Shown here: positions 1 through 14,667 of the stretch, one piece after another
How the letters are laid out: each line of letters begins with the position of its first letter
How positions within the stretch are numbered: position 1 is the stretch's first letter
Assembly: GCA_951406725.2 (NCBI GenBank)
Contig: OX597816.1
Span: 52,080,001 to 52,144,000, forward strand
DNA length: 64,000 bases
Direction: 5' to 3'
Source of the DNA: Octopus vulgaris
Lineage: Eukaryota
Translations under genes and position numbers: made by a program
The notes under the pieces: generated by a model
What the model was told of the DNA's origin: nothing
The model's input: the letters and a program-made list of their open reading frames with translations, nothing else
The model's database searches: none

Positions 1-779
1 GTGTTGCAATTCTTGATTCAAACGTTGTTACTATGTTCTTTGGGCACTGATAATCTGGAATCTCATCTCCTGTTAAAAATCCTTTCATGTCCTGATATTC
101 TTAACCCCAGTTAATGATGTACGAAGATTTGAGGATTTAGTTGGAATTTTGAGCAACGAACACGAATATTCACTTGGGATGAAGCCTGCAAGATATGTCC
201 ATCTAAGATATTTAATACAACGTTTGAATATACATGAGCTTGGACAAATGACTTCCCACGCACTAATAATAGTATTGAAATTTGGCAAAACACATTTAGC
301 AAGTGTGTTGCCACTACTCATCTCCTATAACAGTCTCACGAAAGAAATTTAAACTGGTGCGAGATGCATATGAGAATTTTATCGAGCGATTGTTTGATGG
401 TATTGATTGTCCACCAAATAAAAGATATTCCGATGCAGTAAACAGACTAAAAGACATGGTAACTGGATATCATGCTTTCAATGATCGAATAATTAATTAC
501 TCACTTCTTATAGCACTTAACTTATGAAATTTCTACAAGGAGAATATCCTGTCAGTCTTTTAACAATAATTTGTTTTTTGAGAAAAATTCTGTTTTTATT
601 TTATATTCATAAATATCGTGTAGTAGATCGGGAAGGAAACAGCATTCGTTAAAAGGTCATGTCGCCAAATTCATACATCTATACACATACTGACAAATAC
701 ACACACACACATACACACATATATTTATATATATACATAAATACATACGTACATACATACTTACACACACACACGCACG

Positions 780-907
<128 letters not shown>

Positions 908-1220
908 AACTTTTCAAATAGGCTACGGGTAGAAATTCATTGGTAGTCAGAGATGCCTACACAGAAAGAAAGGGAAACAGTAAATAGCAAGTTTTCTCTC
1001 TCTCACTCTCTCTTACTCTCTCTTTATATGTCTATCTTTCTCCGCCCCTCTCTCTATCTTGCACTCTTTATCCCTCTCTTTCCATCGGTCTCTTTCTTGC
1101 TCCTGAAATGTAAAATTCTTATTCTCCTCGCGGCAAACACTAGATTATGCAAAGTCCTAAAACTCAAGTGCATAATTGTACAATTTTGGCCGCCACTGAC
1201 TAGCACGAGGTTCCCTACGA

Positions 1221-1270
<50 letters not shown>

Positions 1271-2204
1271 AGCTGTGTGTGTGTGCGGTGAGGTACGTGC
1301 GCGTGTGCACGTGTGTGTATTCTTGTGTATATGTGAGTGTGTGTGTTTGAGTGCATGCATAAATGTATGTGATATGCACAAAACATTTGTCTTTCTATAT
1401 AAATACATATATATTCGTACACTACGAATGCACGCCTTCATAGTGTTTGTGTGAATGTGACTGAATGTGTGTGCATGTGTTTTGTGTATGTATCTGCCTG
1501 TCTGTGTGTCTGTGTCTGTGTAAGTCAGTGTGGAGGTAAGAAGGAAAAAAAGTGAGAGAGAGAGAGCGACAAAAAGAATGACTGCGTGTATACATCCATA
1601 TACGTGAATGCTAAAAGACACACTCACACATGCAGCCAAAAACTGATTCTCAAAATTTACATGTGCGAGATTATCGGAATCGTCATTAACTCTATAATTA
1701 ATTACTTCCTATCTGCCTCATTAATCTCTCCCACTTGTGTGCCTCTCTCTCTTTTTCTCTCTCGGCCTCCTCTCTTTTTCTCACTCTCCTCAAATCGCGA
1801 TCGCATTAGCTTGATAAGCTTAATAACATCAGGTATACATTGCCTTAATCTTATACAGTTACATGAAAATAACATAAAGCGTATTGCTTCTTTCATTTAC
1901 TTCTATTTCCTCTGTTTTTATATTTTCTATCAGCCAAGTAGGTTTCGTCATTGGTTTATTTATTTATTTATTTAACAACGGTAGTTTGTTGCTGTTGGTG
2001 GGGGTACTTAACTCTGCCCTATCCCACTCTCAGCACCATTCATCAAGCAGACAGACTTGGATTAAAGAGGCTCCAGATATGTGTATATTGTCTCGTAATA
2101 CAGTGACCTATATGTCCTTCGTTTCTAAAATGCGATACTGTCCGATTTAATAAATGTTTTGCTGCTATTTCTAATGGGTTTCCTGAACGCTTAGAGATTC
2201 ACTA

Positions 2205-2595
2205 CTAAAATTTATTCACATTATTTACATTTGACGGATATTTGTCCTCATCTTGTTTGTTGTTAACACAACGTTTCGGCTGATATACCCTCCAGCCTTC
2301 ATCAGGTGTCTTGGGGAAATTTCGAATAGTAATAGTAATAATAATAATAGTAATAGTAATAATAATAATAATAGTAATAATAATAATAATAACAACAACA
2401 ACAACAACAACAACAACATCGAAAAATACCTTAGGAATGTGAACCCAGGTTCGAAATTTCCCCAAATACCTCATAAAGGCTGGAGGGTATATCAGCCGAA
2501 ACGTTGTGTTAACAAACAAGATGAGGACAAATATCCGTCAATTGTAAATAATGCAAATAATGTACATAATTCCTCATGTCTTAAATATAGAACTC
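2205..2595. mobile_element. Hammerhead SINE-like element, locus 1: inverted tails around (AAT/AAC)n, head missing
   Basis: 2205-2325 is the reverse complement of part of the tail at 2418-2595. The tail is the same as at 27120-27290. Confidence 0.85.
2265..2310 (-). ncRNA. Minimal type I hammerhead ribozyme motif (intact core)
   Basis: Minus strand reads GACAC-CUGAUGA-A-GGCUG(GAGGGUAUAU)CAGCC-GAAA-CGUU-GUGUU. Stem I is GACAC/GUGUU, stem II is 5 bp, and stem III is the palindromic loop-less ACGU. Predicted cleavage is after GUU (between 2270 and 2269). Confidence 0.8.
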
Positions 2596-2983
2596 CAAAA
2601 TTTATTGTTTATTTCTTTATGCGCAACACTTGCTAATTTGCTTGCCGTCTTTACATTTTCCTCCTTCCTCTTTGAGTTTTGCACATGGAAAAATTTTGTT
2701 AGAGGAAAAAGAATTGACAAAATTGCACGGAAAAAATATTATTACAAAAATAGAAGTCTGGTAACAATTCTTAAGAATGGAGAAAAATAAACTCGAGTTT
2801 GTGGATGAAGTAAAAAGAGATTTCCTCAGAGAAATTTCCATTCATACAATCCAAGAACTCTCAAAATGAATTCAACGTATTTTGTATTCATGATGCACAT
2901 ATCCATATATTCGTATACACCTATATTATGTACATTGGTATATGCACACGCACATGTAAACATAAATACACACACACACAAAC

Positions 2984-3014
<31 letters not shown>

Positions 3015-3024
3015 TATATACATG

Positions 3025-3070
<46 letters not shown>

Positions 3071-4219
3071 GGTAAAAACAGTAAGATAACAAAAGAAAGA
3101 AAGAGACCTCGATGTTATGTAAATAGAGGAAATTATCTCGGCTACTGAATAATTGTCACATATTAGATTTACAGATGTATATATACATACATTTACGCAT
3201 ATACATTTCATACACATACACACATATACACATACATATATACACGCATGCACACACATATATTGTAGATGAAAGGGGATCCGAAATGTAGGCAGTTAAC
3301 GAAGTCAGCACTCCTGGGTATAACAGATGGGACAGAAAGGAACAATGATTCAGTATAACTATATGATTCATTCAAACTGAAAAACCAGGGAGATTTTTCA
3401 GCCACAGAGTACAAATTAACAAGATGGATATACGGGCACCACATTTATTCCTTGCTTGCAACTGCTAGAACGACATGGGATAAATAGATTGTTTAACATG
3501 TTGGAAAGCATGTATGAGCAATGGCTATGCAGCATTCATTGTATAATAATAATTGTGCAAGGAAAAACCCACAGATATTTCATCATCACCGTGATGAGTA
3601 AATTGATACGAGAACTTGGTTGAATTCAAATCTATACAGATACAGATGATTTAGCGAGAGGGGTTCATGTTTCTACTGGAACGACGGGTTTCCTTTGGAA
3701 GTGTACGTTCAGAAATTGATAAAGATGAAGATTTTAGCGGATCAAATGAAAAGCTAATTCTAAAAGTTGGATTCATTGATTTATCGATATATTAAATCCA
3801 GTGTCTGGTCGAGCAGGTAAGTGATCGATACACTGGAAACGTCATTTTACCACTTCTTTTATATTGTATCTGTCTTCTTGAGAAAAGAAAATGAACAACA
3901 AGTACAAAATTAGCTACATCTGATTAGAAGCGATTCCTCCGTAGTGGTTTCTATTTATTTATTCATCAAATTCATGATGGCATGACAATTTGCCTATTTT
4001 CACTATATAATAAAAAGGGAAATAAACATTGCTCATGTTCATGACTAACGATTATAACCTTGCCAATTGATCTATTTCATATGCTGTTGAAACAACTGTA
4101 ACAGAGGAATGAATATGCGTACCTTCATTCTTTCCTCTGTGTGTGTGCATATATATATGTACATATCTATATATGTATGTATATACATGTAAATAGATAT
4201 GTATGTATGTATATGTATG

Positions 4220-4272
<53 letters not shown>

Positions 4273-4341
4273 ATATATATATAGTAAGAGCGAGAGAGAG
4301 AGATGGACAAATATGAATATATATATGCATGTAAGTATACG

Positions 4342-4372
<31 letters not shown>

Positions 4373-4464
4373 GTATGTATGTATATATATATAATATATC
4401 CATATATATATAAATATATATATATATTATACATATAATATATACATATATGCATATACATATA

Positions 4465-4500
<36 letters not shown>

Positions 4501-4518
4501 TATATATGTATATATATT

Positions 4519-4599
<81 letters not shown>

Positions 4600-4734
4600 T
4601 ATATATATATATATATATTCATATATATATATATGTATTTATATAAATATATATTCATATATATATGCATATATATACATATATATAATATAAATAATAT
4701 CTATATACATATATATATATACATGTGTATATGT

Positions 4735-4782
<48 letters not shown>

Positions 4783-5266
4783 GAGGGAGAGGGAAAGAGC
4801 GAGAGAGTAAGTGTGAGACTTGCCTGAGATACGAAATTTCTCAATTAATTGAAATATTGCTTTATAATTGAAGAAAGAAAATAAAAACTTTTTCCTAATA
4901 GCCAAGGGAGATAATTTCAAGAAATTAATAATTATTTTTCAAGCAAAATTGTTAATTTTCATACTTGGGGGAAAACTGAATCTTTAGTCGTATAACATAT
5001 TGTGTGCTACAGGCATAGTTATATTAATTCGACCACTTGAATTGAGCATGGAAATCTGGAACCTCATGAAGCACTGAGTATAGAATTTTACGTGTAAAAT
5101 ATGAATTACAAACAATTTTGGCTTATGGGATATAATTTGCATAATTGTGAAAAATAAATCTACCTGAAATATACGTGCTTATGGATAAATTTGGCAGATT
5201 GTAATGAACTGAAGGTCATACGAAGCTCATCTCAGCTAGGAGGTTGAACTTATATATGAATATATA

Positions 5267-5363
<97 letters not shown>

Positions 5364-5692
5364 CGTGGTGGTGGTGGTGGTGATGGTGGGGGTGGGGGTG
5401 GGGGTGGGGGTGGTAAGGGTAGCAACAGAAGGAAGAGGTGGAAAAGGATGTGGAGGAGAGGGAGAGAGAGGAGAATAGGAGGAGGGGAGGGGATATGGAG
5501 GAAGATGGGAAGAGGAGGGTAGGAGGAGGACGAGGGAGAGAAGGAGGAGGAGGAGGAGGAGGACAAGGACTGCACTCCGCAAATACAAACAAAAGAACAG
5601 AACATGTTGCGCACACACTACCAACACAAAGGTGTAACAGATGATGCAGTAGAAATTTACCTGAAACTACCAAATGTTGAGTAATAATAATG

Positions 5693-5760
<68 letters not shown>

Positions 5761-5763
<3 letters not shown>

Positions 5764-6251
5764 CCGGATATCATTATAAAAGATCAGACAAAAAGGATGT
5801 GTTTATTAATTGACATGAGTATTCCCTGTGATCACAATATAGCGGCGAAAGAATTTGACAAGATTAGTAAATATAAAGACCTGCTAATGGAAATTGAAAA
5901 AAATGTGGCATCTCAAGGCGACTACAGTACCAGTGATTGTAGGATCTCTAGGAATGATAAAAAAAGGTACTGAAACCTATGTGAAAATGATTCCAGGCTT
6001 ACCATCATAACAGGAAGTGCAAAAAATCGTATTAACTGAAAGGGCTCATGTACTGAGAAGAGCACTATCGCTGTGAAAATAATATCCATCCATGAATTTA
6101 TTTATTTATTTATTAATTTTTGAATACATATTTTATCAGTGAATTTGCGCGTGTAATCTGGGAATGCATACAATGCCCTTCTCTGCCCTAGGTGTATGGA
6201 AAACACTCGGCGAGAAACGGAAGAAAATTTGAAGAAAGAAGGAAAAAAACA
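5761..6251 (+). mobile_element. 5'-truncated Dong/R4-clade non-LTR retrotransposon (RLE endonuclease end plus 3' UTR), subfamily A
   Basis: KPDIIIKDQTKRMCLLIDMSIPCDHNIAAKEFDKISKYKDL, then after a frameshift PVIVGSLGMI...AHVLRRALSL* (PD..D..K motif). Flanked by (AAT)n on both sides. Confidence 0.9.
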
Positions 6252-6253
6252 TG

Positions 6254-6328
<75 letters not shown>

Positions 6329-6346
6329 ATTATGATGATGATGATT

Positions 6347-6392
<46 letters not shown>

Positions 6393-7538
6393 CATTTATT
6401 TGCCACAAAGGCGAAGGATGAAGGGGACAGTACAAACATAGATATAAAGTGTAGGTGTTTACATATAATGAAATGATAAAAACGAAAAAAGCATGTTGTC
6501 TCCTAATAGCTAAATTACCAATTGCTTTTATACCAGGTGAGAATCAAACCCAACAATCATCAAGCATGACTGAAAGTGAAAGTATGGCGTAGGCTCTTTG
6601 CCACCAGATGCTTACATGAATCGTAAGCAACAGTTTGCAGTTGTTACGGTAGTAAAACATGAAACGATATTCACTGAAAAAAATCACCACCGTCAAATGC
6701 TACGAGAAAAATTTTATTTCATTGGAGTTAAATCCATTATATTGGAAGCAGAAGCGGCCATCATAGAATACAAGATATTTGCTTGCAGGGTAGAGTTAGG
6801 GCTGGGGCTGGGGGTTAGAGGTATGGATAGAGGGGGTAGAGGTGCTGGGATGTTGTATTTCTAATAAAAATTGAGGAGGATGGTGAAGATTAATTTTTAA
6901 AATATATATAGTCGTGATTATGTATGTGGTTATGATTATGTACGTGTGTGTACATGTGCTTGCAAATTTCAGTGTTACGTTTGGCAAATCTATTAATTCC
7001 TCATATTAGAATGGAGAACAACCCCGATACGGTGAACTCTAACGTTTATATTTATAGTGCAATTAGCCAGTTTTCTAAGGCATGTCTTTACTCATGAGAG
7101 CAGTTACGCCTTAGTTTGCATGAAGGATTTTTTTTTTTATATGATGCTCTCCTCGGCCAAGCAGGGCCTCCAAATCCCTCTACTGTTATTGGACGCTTAG
7201 GAAAGGAAAGAAAGAAAAAGGATTTAACGTTTTGAGCGGAGCTCTAAGTCAGAAACATATAAAACGGAAAGATCCAAGGAAGGGAAGACGGGAGGGGGGG
7301 GTCGCCAACGATACACACGCGGTCCTCCATAGGTTTTATATCTTTTAAATTTCTGGATGCTGTTGTCTTATGAAGTTCCCTATATTGTCGTTGAAGGCAC
7401 GAAATAGGAGCAATAAAAAGTACGACAATTAATGAGGAGTTATCTTTTGGTATTTTGTCCTCTACTTATTTCTCGTATGTTTACATATTTTTCACTCGTT
7501 GGTGATGTCCTGTACACAATGTGTAATTCTGATTTAGT

Positions 7539-7581
<43 letters not shown>

Positions 7582-8216
7582 GATCACTCAAACGCACCCA
7601 CCAACATATACAGATACACACACACACACATATAATGTAATATAATACAATACGGTCGTTTAAAGTGCATTTGAGAAAAGGCGTACGCATATAGTACACT
7701 TTATTTATAAGTGCAAAGTCGATTATTTGTTCTATAGCTATATAGATCATGTGCGATCGCTCATGCTTATCATGTTTTTTCCTAGGCAACTAAAGCAGCC
7801 ACAACCTAGTGAAACTCAAAGTAGCTATGTAGAGTTATTAATCCATTTTATGCAAATACACACGCTCACACACCCAAGGTTTCTCATTACCCCAACTCGC
7901 ACGCATACTCAAAGAAATATAAACTTATAGAAACACATACATATACACACACAAACACAAACACATACACACACATATGTGTGTATGTATATTTACACGA
8001 ACACACACACACTCACACACTCAACGCGATAAAATAAGCATCAGGCTTAACAAAAAACAAGTACTGGGGTTTGATTCATTCGACAAGAATCTTCATGTCG
8101 GTGCTGCAGCATGGCCACAGTCTAAAAACTTAAACAAGTAACATGCATAATAGAAATTAAAATTTCAAAAATACACATGCACACAAACACACACACACAC
8201 ATACACGCACAAACAC

Positions 8217-8265
<49 letters not shown>

Positions 8266-8756
8266 GAAGGCTTTCTGCATACGTCACATCACATCAGGCA
8301 TTGCTTGGTCTGTGCTTGTGGTAGATCTTATTTGCCCAAAGTCCGCGAAATCGATTCGAAACCGTAAACTTGTGTCTGCGAAGCACACTTTTTGCTACAC
8401 ATCCAAACATGTATGTTCTTCATATAATTTAGTCTAAGTCTTTCTTCCTTTCTCAGCTACCATATATAGTCACAACTGTGTATTGTCTATCCCATCATTT
8501 TCTGCCAATTTACCCTAACTACTAAAAGCTCACAATTTCTTGTTTATTTTTAACTGTTGTTTTATCATTAAGATCGATCTATATCCACACTTCAGTTGAA
8601 ATTTACAAAACGATCGATACGACTAGATTAATAAATAATGATCAAATTAAAAAATAAATTCTTCCATCACAGCCTAATTAAAACGTTTTATTTCTTATAC
8701 CATAAAAAATGTTGTTTATAAGTTCTTAAGAATTAGTTGGCTTTATAAACATACAC

Positions 8757-8820
<64 letters not shown>

Positions 8821-8975
8821 GTATATGTATATACATATATATATATATATATATGCATACATATGACTATATGAATGTATATATGAATGTGTGTATCTGT
8901 GTGTGTTTGTGTGTGTACAAGCGTATGCTGTGCATGTTTACATACATACATGCATATATATATATATATATATAT

Positions 8976-9393
8976 TTACTCTTTTACTCTTTTACTTGTT
9001 TCAGTCATTTGACTGTGGCCATGCTGGAGCACCGCCTTTAGTCGAGCAAATCGACCCCAGGACTTATTCTTTGTAAGCCTAGTACTTATTCTATCGGTCT
9101 CTTTTGCCGAACCTCGAAGTTACGTAGACGTAAACACACCACCATTTGTTGTCAATTGATGTTGGGGGGGGGACAAACACAGACGCACACACACACACAC
9201 TCATGCACACACATATACATATATATATACGACGGGCTTCTTTCAGTTTCCGTCTACCAAATCCACTCATAACGCTTTTGTCGGCCCGAGGCTATAGTAG
9301 AAGGCATTAGCCCAAAGTGCCGCGCAGTGGGACTGAACCCGGAACCATGTGGATGGTAAGCAAGCTTAACTTACCAGCCAGCCACTCCTGCGC
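8976..9393 (-). mobile_element. SINE family B (tRNA-like head, CORE-like CCTTGGGCAAGTG motif, internal (TA)/(TG)n, CR1-like tail)
   Basis: Same sequence as the copies at 29303 and 37300 in reverse orientation. It ends in (TAAAAGAG)n. Confidence 0.88.
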
Positions 9394-9641
9394 TTCAGCC
9401 CTGAAATAGACCTCGGCGGAATACTCAGAACGTAAGGACAGTAAAAATGTGGCTAAAAGTTTTGACCGACGTGCTACTGACTCTACCCGCTCATCGCCTT
9501 TGCGCTTGTAGATAATAATCTTTAATTTCAGTTGGTCTAGTTCTGTATTAGAGGAGATTCCCTATCGTATAGGTTAAGAGAACAGGACGAACAACTGTCT
9601 GCTCAGTCCGATAAATAGGCCAGACATCAATGAAGCCACAG

Positions 9642-9730
<89 letters not shown>

Positions 9731-10439
9731 GTGAAGTACGCTTAGAAATGTGTATATTCCAACATTATAACTGAACAATTTTTTATTAATTTTGAAACGA
9801 ATAAAATGAAAGAAATCATGAAGAAGATATACAGTGAAAATAGATAGGACAGAGGAGAAAAGTGTTGTAGCTATGTCTGTATATATAAAAAGGTTAAGTT
9901 CCATAATTAGGAAAAGACCATACAGGGTAGTTTGTTAACTCCGGTTTTAGAGAAAATTTTAATAAAGAATTATGTATGTCCATATATGAATGGATGAAAT
10001 TTGTACTATTATTTCAGGAGGGGGAAATGCTTTATATTTCTCTAACTCTCTGTGCTGAAATTTTAAACAATTTATGCAAAATTAAAGCCAAGAATAGAGT
10101 TGCGGAGAGAATTAATATGCTCAAGTTTCATGATAGCATATAAAGATAAAATATATGAAAAGAATATATGATCATATATGAAAAGAATTAATGTCATACG
10201 ACGATTAAAAAATTTGTAAACTAAACTGTCACATTTTCGTTTGATGAGAATAAAAGCAGATCCGGATTGAATTTTATGGTATAGTGGCCTTATACACATG
10301 ATAATTTTATATTAATGTGGGGAGGATACACTCATATAGTATTAAATATACATAAATACACACACATACACACGCAAATATACATGTCTACGCAGATAGG
10401 GATATGTATAGTTTACGCTACCTCGTGAACCTCTAGCTC

Positions 10440-10502
<63 letters not shown>

Positions 10503-10601
10503 AGATAAACAGACTGGCAGACAGAAAGAAAAATGACAGGCAGGCAGGCAGACAAATAAACAGATAGACATACAGACCGACAGACAGACAGACAGACAGA
10601 C

Positions 10602-10678
<77 letters not shown>

Positions 10679-10717
10679 CATAGATAGATAGACAGATAAA
10701 CAGATTGATAGATAGAC

Positions 10718-10788
<71 letters not shown>

Positions 10789-11258
10789 CAGATTGATAGA
10801 TAGACAGATAGATAGATAGATACATGCATACATACATACACAAACATGCTCACACGCACACACATACATACACACACACTGGTCCTGCACGATTTTGCAC
10901 TGTCTCTACCTGTCAAACCCCTCTCGAGGCTTTGGTCGGTTCAAATCAAATCCACTGAGATGGAACACGCCATGCCGCTGGGATGCGAACTTCACCCATT
11001 TTCCACTTCTACATTTCCAGCTAACTCAGTCTCACCTCGTTCCTTTCTACACACGTGGTACCTAAATGTCTATCTCAACTGGTTTTTAAAGTGTTGATAC
11101 AACATCCTATAAGCCTGAAGCTGGTGGCTGAATGCGAACCAACATGCTTTGACTACTCAGCTAATCGACCGACCGATTAAACTGGCCAACATATTCGTTA
11201 TCGCATCGGTCACTTCAATTATATTTCTATCATCGAAAAATAGAAGTGAAGCAAGTGA

Positions 11259-11259
<1 letters not shown>

Positions 11260-11290
<31 letters not shown>

Positions 11291-11296
11291 GTTGCT

Positions 11297-11352
<56 letters not shown>

Positions 11353-11353
11353 C

Positions 11354-11411
<58 letters not shown>

Positions 11412-11867
11412 CAGCCACAGCTGTAAATATGAATGATGTGGCTAATCATGATGATGATGATGTGGATTGTGGTGGTAGTGGTAGTGGTTGTGGTGGTTTT
11501 GGTGGAGGTGAAGGCCGACGTCGACTATAACTACAGCAATGGCAATGATGATAATGTTTCGTGATGATGAGGAGGAGGATGTGGAGGAAGGGGAGGAAGA
11601 GGACGGCGACGAAGACGATCCTGGCGACAACGATGAAGATGACAATAGTGATGATGATGATGATGATGATGATGGTGGTGGTGCTGGTGGTGCTGGTGGT
11701 GGTGGTAATGATGATGATGGTGGTGGTAGTGGTAGCGGTGGTGATGATGATGATGGTGGTGGTGGTGGTGGTAATGATGATGATGGTGGTGGTAGTGGTA
11801 ACGGTGGTGATGATGATGGTGGTGGTGGTAGTGGTGGTAGCGGTGGTGATGAAGATGATGGTGGTGG

Positions 11868-11925
<58 letters not shown>

Positions 11926-12259
11926 GATGATGATGATGGGGTGGGGTGGTGGTGGTGATGATGATGGAGGTGGTGGTGGTGGTGGTAGTGGTAGCGGTGG
12001 TGATGATGATGATGGTGGTGGTGATGATGATGATGATGGGGTGGGGTGGGGGTGATGCGATGATGATGGTGGTGGTGGTGAAGAAGATGTTGATGATGGT
12101 GGTGGTGGTGGTGGTTGTGATGAAGACGATTGTAATGATACCGATGATGGGTAGCCTCAGTCACCTTCAGTTGAGCCAGAGGTTATCCTACAATGGAAAA
12201 TCCGTTTGATCGTCGTTTCAATACCTTAACCGTGGCATTGAAATGAGAATACAGTAGCG

Positions 12260-12338
<79 letters not shown>

Positions 12339-12351
12339 CAGAAGCAGCAGC

Positions 12352-12409
<58 letters not shown>

Positions 12410-12420
12410 AAGGTAGTGGT
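11260..12420. repeat. Compound triplet microsatellite block (AGT/GAT/GGT)n
   Basis: Directly visible. Confidence 0.95.
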
Positions 12421-12609
12421 AGAGGTGGTTCTGTGATCCTGCTAATATTGCTGCGATTGATGCTGACAGTAATTGTGGTAGGGGTGGTGATGGTGGTCGT
12501 GGTCGAGGTCATGGTGCTGCTACTGCTGCTGCTGCTGCTGGCAATAGTAGTAGCAGTGACGGATTATCTGACAATACAGGTGATGTTGTAAATTATTATT
12601 ATTATTATT

Positions 12610-13138
12610 GAGTGAGAGAGCAGTTCATGCCATCAAAGTGACACTGGGGTAAAATATACAAAGCCCAATATACCCATCATGACTACCCGTCTGATAAAGG
12701 TACACCAGGCACATGCATCACAACCATATGTGCGCGACATGGTGACCTCATATCAAGATAAACAGCACATGACCTTGCAGGTGGGGCCCAGTTAGAATTT
12801 TCTTCAGGTTGAGTAGCCCATCCCGCTCAAACGGTCCCTGAATAAGGGTTGTTAAAGGATGTTGAAAGAACCACCCATGTTTCCAGAGGTGAACTATTCA
12901 AACCCCAAAGAATCCCTCTCAACACATGGCTATGATGCTCCCCCACTACTTCTGCTCGTGATCAGAGATGCACATATCGTCAGCTCAACTGGTTAAGGTC
13001 AAGCAACTGACAAGCAAATCTGTGGTATTGAGCAGAATATTTGCTGTAGCCCATCTTTTATACCAAGACAAAACAATGTACATGATAACACTTCCAATCA
13101 GTTAAGATCAGAAGCCATGAGAACCACTGCCTGGTACT
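12610..13138. mobile_element. Unclassified ~530-bp non-coding insert between (ATT)n tracts
   Basis: Abrupt rise in GC and complexity, bounded by (TTA)n on both sides like the Dong copies. No recognisable ORF. Confidence 0.45.
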
Positions 13139-13158
13139 TATTATCATTATTATTATTA

Positions 13159-13205
<47 letters not shown>

Positions 13206-13216
13206 TTATTATTTTA

Positions 13217-13581
13217 TTGTTTTACTTGTTTCAGTCATTTGAATGCGGCCATGCTGGAGCATTACCTTTTAGTCGAGGAAATCGACCCCAGGACATATTT
13301 TTTGTAAGCCTAGTACTTATTCTATCGGTCCCTTTTGCCGAACTGCTAAGTTACGGGGATGTAAACACGCCAGCATCGGTTGTCAAGCGATGCTGGGGGG
13401 ACAAACACAGACACACAAACATATACACACGCATACATTTACATATATACGAAGAGCTACTTTCAGTTTCCGTCTACCAAATCCACTCACAAGGCTTTGG
13501 TCGGCCCGAGGCTATAGTAGAAGACACTTGCCCAATGTGCCAAGCAGTGTGACTGAACCATGTGGTTGGTAAACAAGCTAC
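13217..13581 (-). mobile_element. SINE family B copy between (ATT)n tracts
   Basis: TTTCAGTCATTTGA..GCCATGCTGGAGC..CGTCTACCAAATCCACTCACAAGGCTTTGG. Confidence 0.87.
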
Positions 13582-13657
<76 letters not shown>

Positions 13658-13660
<3 letters not shown>

Positions 13661-14170
13661 TAGTTTTATTTTTATAGCGTGCTTTCACTTCACTACCGAG
13701 CGCAGCTCTGTGTGCCTTGGGTATGTGCTGTGATTTGTTGTGATGCTCTGATGGTTATTGTATGGAAAGTGTTCTGCGTAGGATGTGTGCAGTGCCTAGT
13801 AGTGCAATTTTCTGTATGTTATATGTGTTTGTAAGTCCTGGTGTTTTTGTTATGTATTTGTCTGAATATTTTTTTATCATGCGTAATGCACCTACTATGA
13901 TAGGAATTGTTTCTGTTTTTAGATTCCACATTCTGGTTACCTCTAATTCCAGGTCTTTGTATTTTGAAAGTTTCTCCATTTCTTTTAGAGACACGTTGTC
14001 ATCTGCCGGTATTGATACATCAATTAGAAAGCATTTTTTTTCTTCACGACCTCTGACAACTCTATCTGGTCTGTTGGCCTTAATTTCTCTATCTGTGTGT
14101 ATCGGCATATCCCAGAGTATGGTTGCTTTCTCGTTTTCTGTGACCTTTTCTGGTGTGTGCCTATACCATC

Positions 14171-14172
<2 letters not shown>
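13658..14172 (-). mobile_element. 5'-truncated Dong/R4-clade element, subfamily B
   Basis: WYRHTPEKVTENEKATILWDMPIHTDREIKANRPD...IDVSIP...EKLSKYKDL...GTAHILRRTLSIQ*. (ATT)n on both sides. Confidence 0.92.
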
Positions 14173-14211
<39 letters not shown>

Positions 14212-14562
14212 GCAAAGGAAGTTGAGGGTGGAGAGCGAAGTGTTGTCTCGTAGCAAGTTTGTTGAAAGGTGAGTGAATGTTGGAAGAAAGGTCAAGTGTG
14301 AAAGGACCAATTCTGAACGTGCACCTGTAAACGAAAGGAGAAGGGCTATTGCCCTGTTATACAGGTATCCGTGGTTTTTGTGGGTTTTTCCACGAGGTCC
14401 TTAAGGCGCCTCCCCTATTTGGGGTTTTAAATTGTTTAATTTTTAATCGTTATATATATATTATTTACATGTTATAAAACCCATTCTATCGTCCTGTTTT
14501 TGTCTTTTATGTTGTATGTCTCTTAATGAAATTTTAATTAAGCCCTTGTGGCCAATAAACGA

Positions 14563-14565
<3 letters not shown>
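14212..14565 (+). mobile_element. Tx1-like LINE 3' end in (ATT)n
   Basis: RKLRVEREVLSRSKFVER resembles the ORF end at 43480-43550. It ends GCCCTTGTGGCCAATAAAC. Confidence 0.68.
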
Positions 14566-14608
<43 letters not shown>

Positions 14609-14609
14609 G

Positions 14610-14659
<50 letters not shown>

Positions 14660-14667
14660 GTTATTAT

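Noticed and set aside
3270-3900. Possible Copia gag remnant ('YVQKLIKMKILADQMK') or an exon with a + strand CAG|GTAAGT at ~3816
   Set aside because: Too short and riddled with stops, and no second motif supports it.
11442-12209. Gly/Asp- or His/Pro-rich structural protein exon
   Set aside because: Compound triplet repeats open in many frames, with no splice signals identified.
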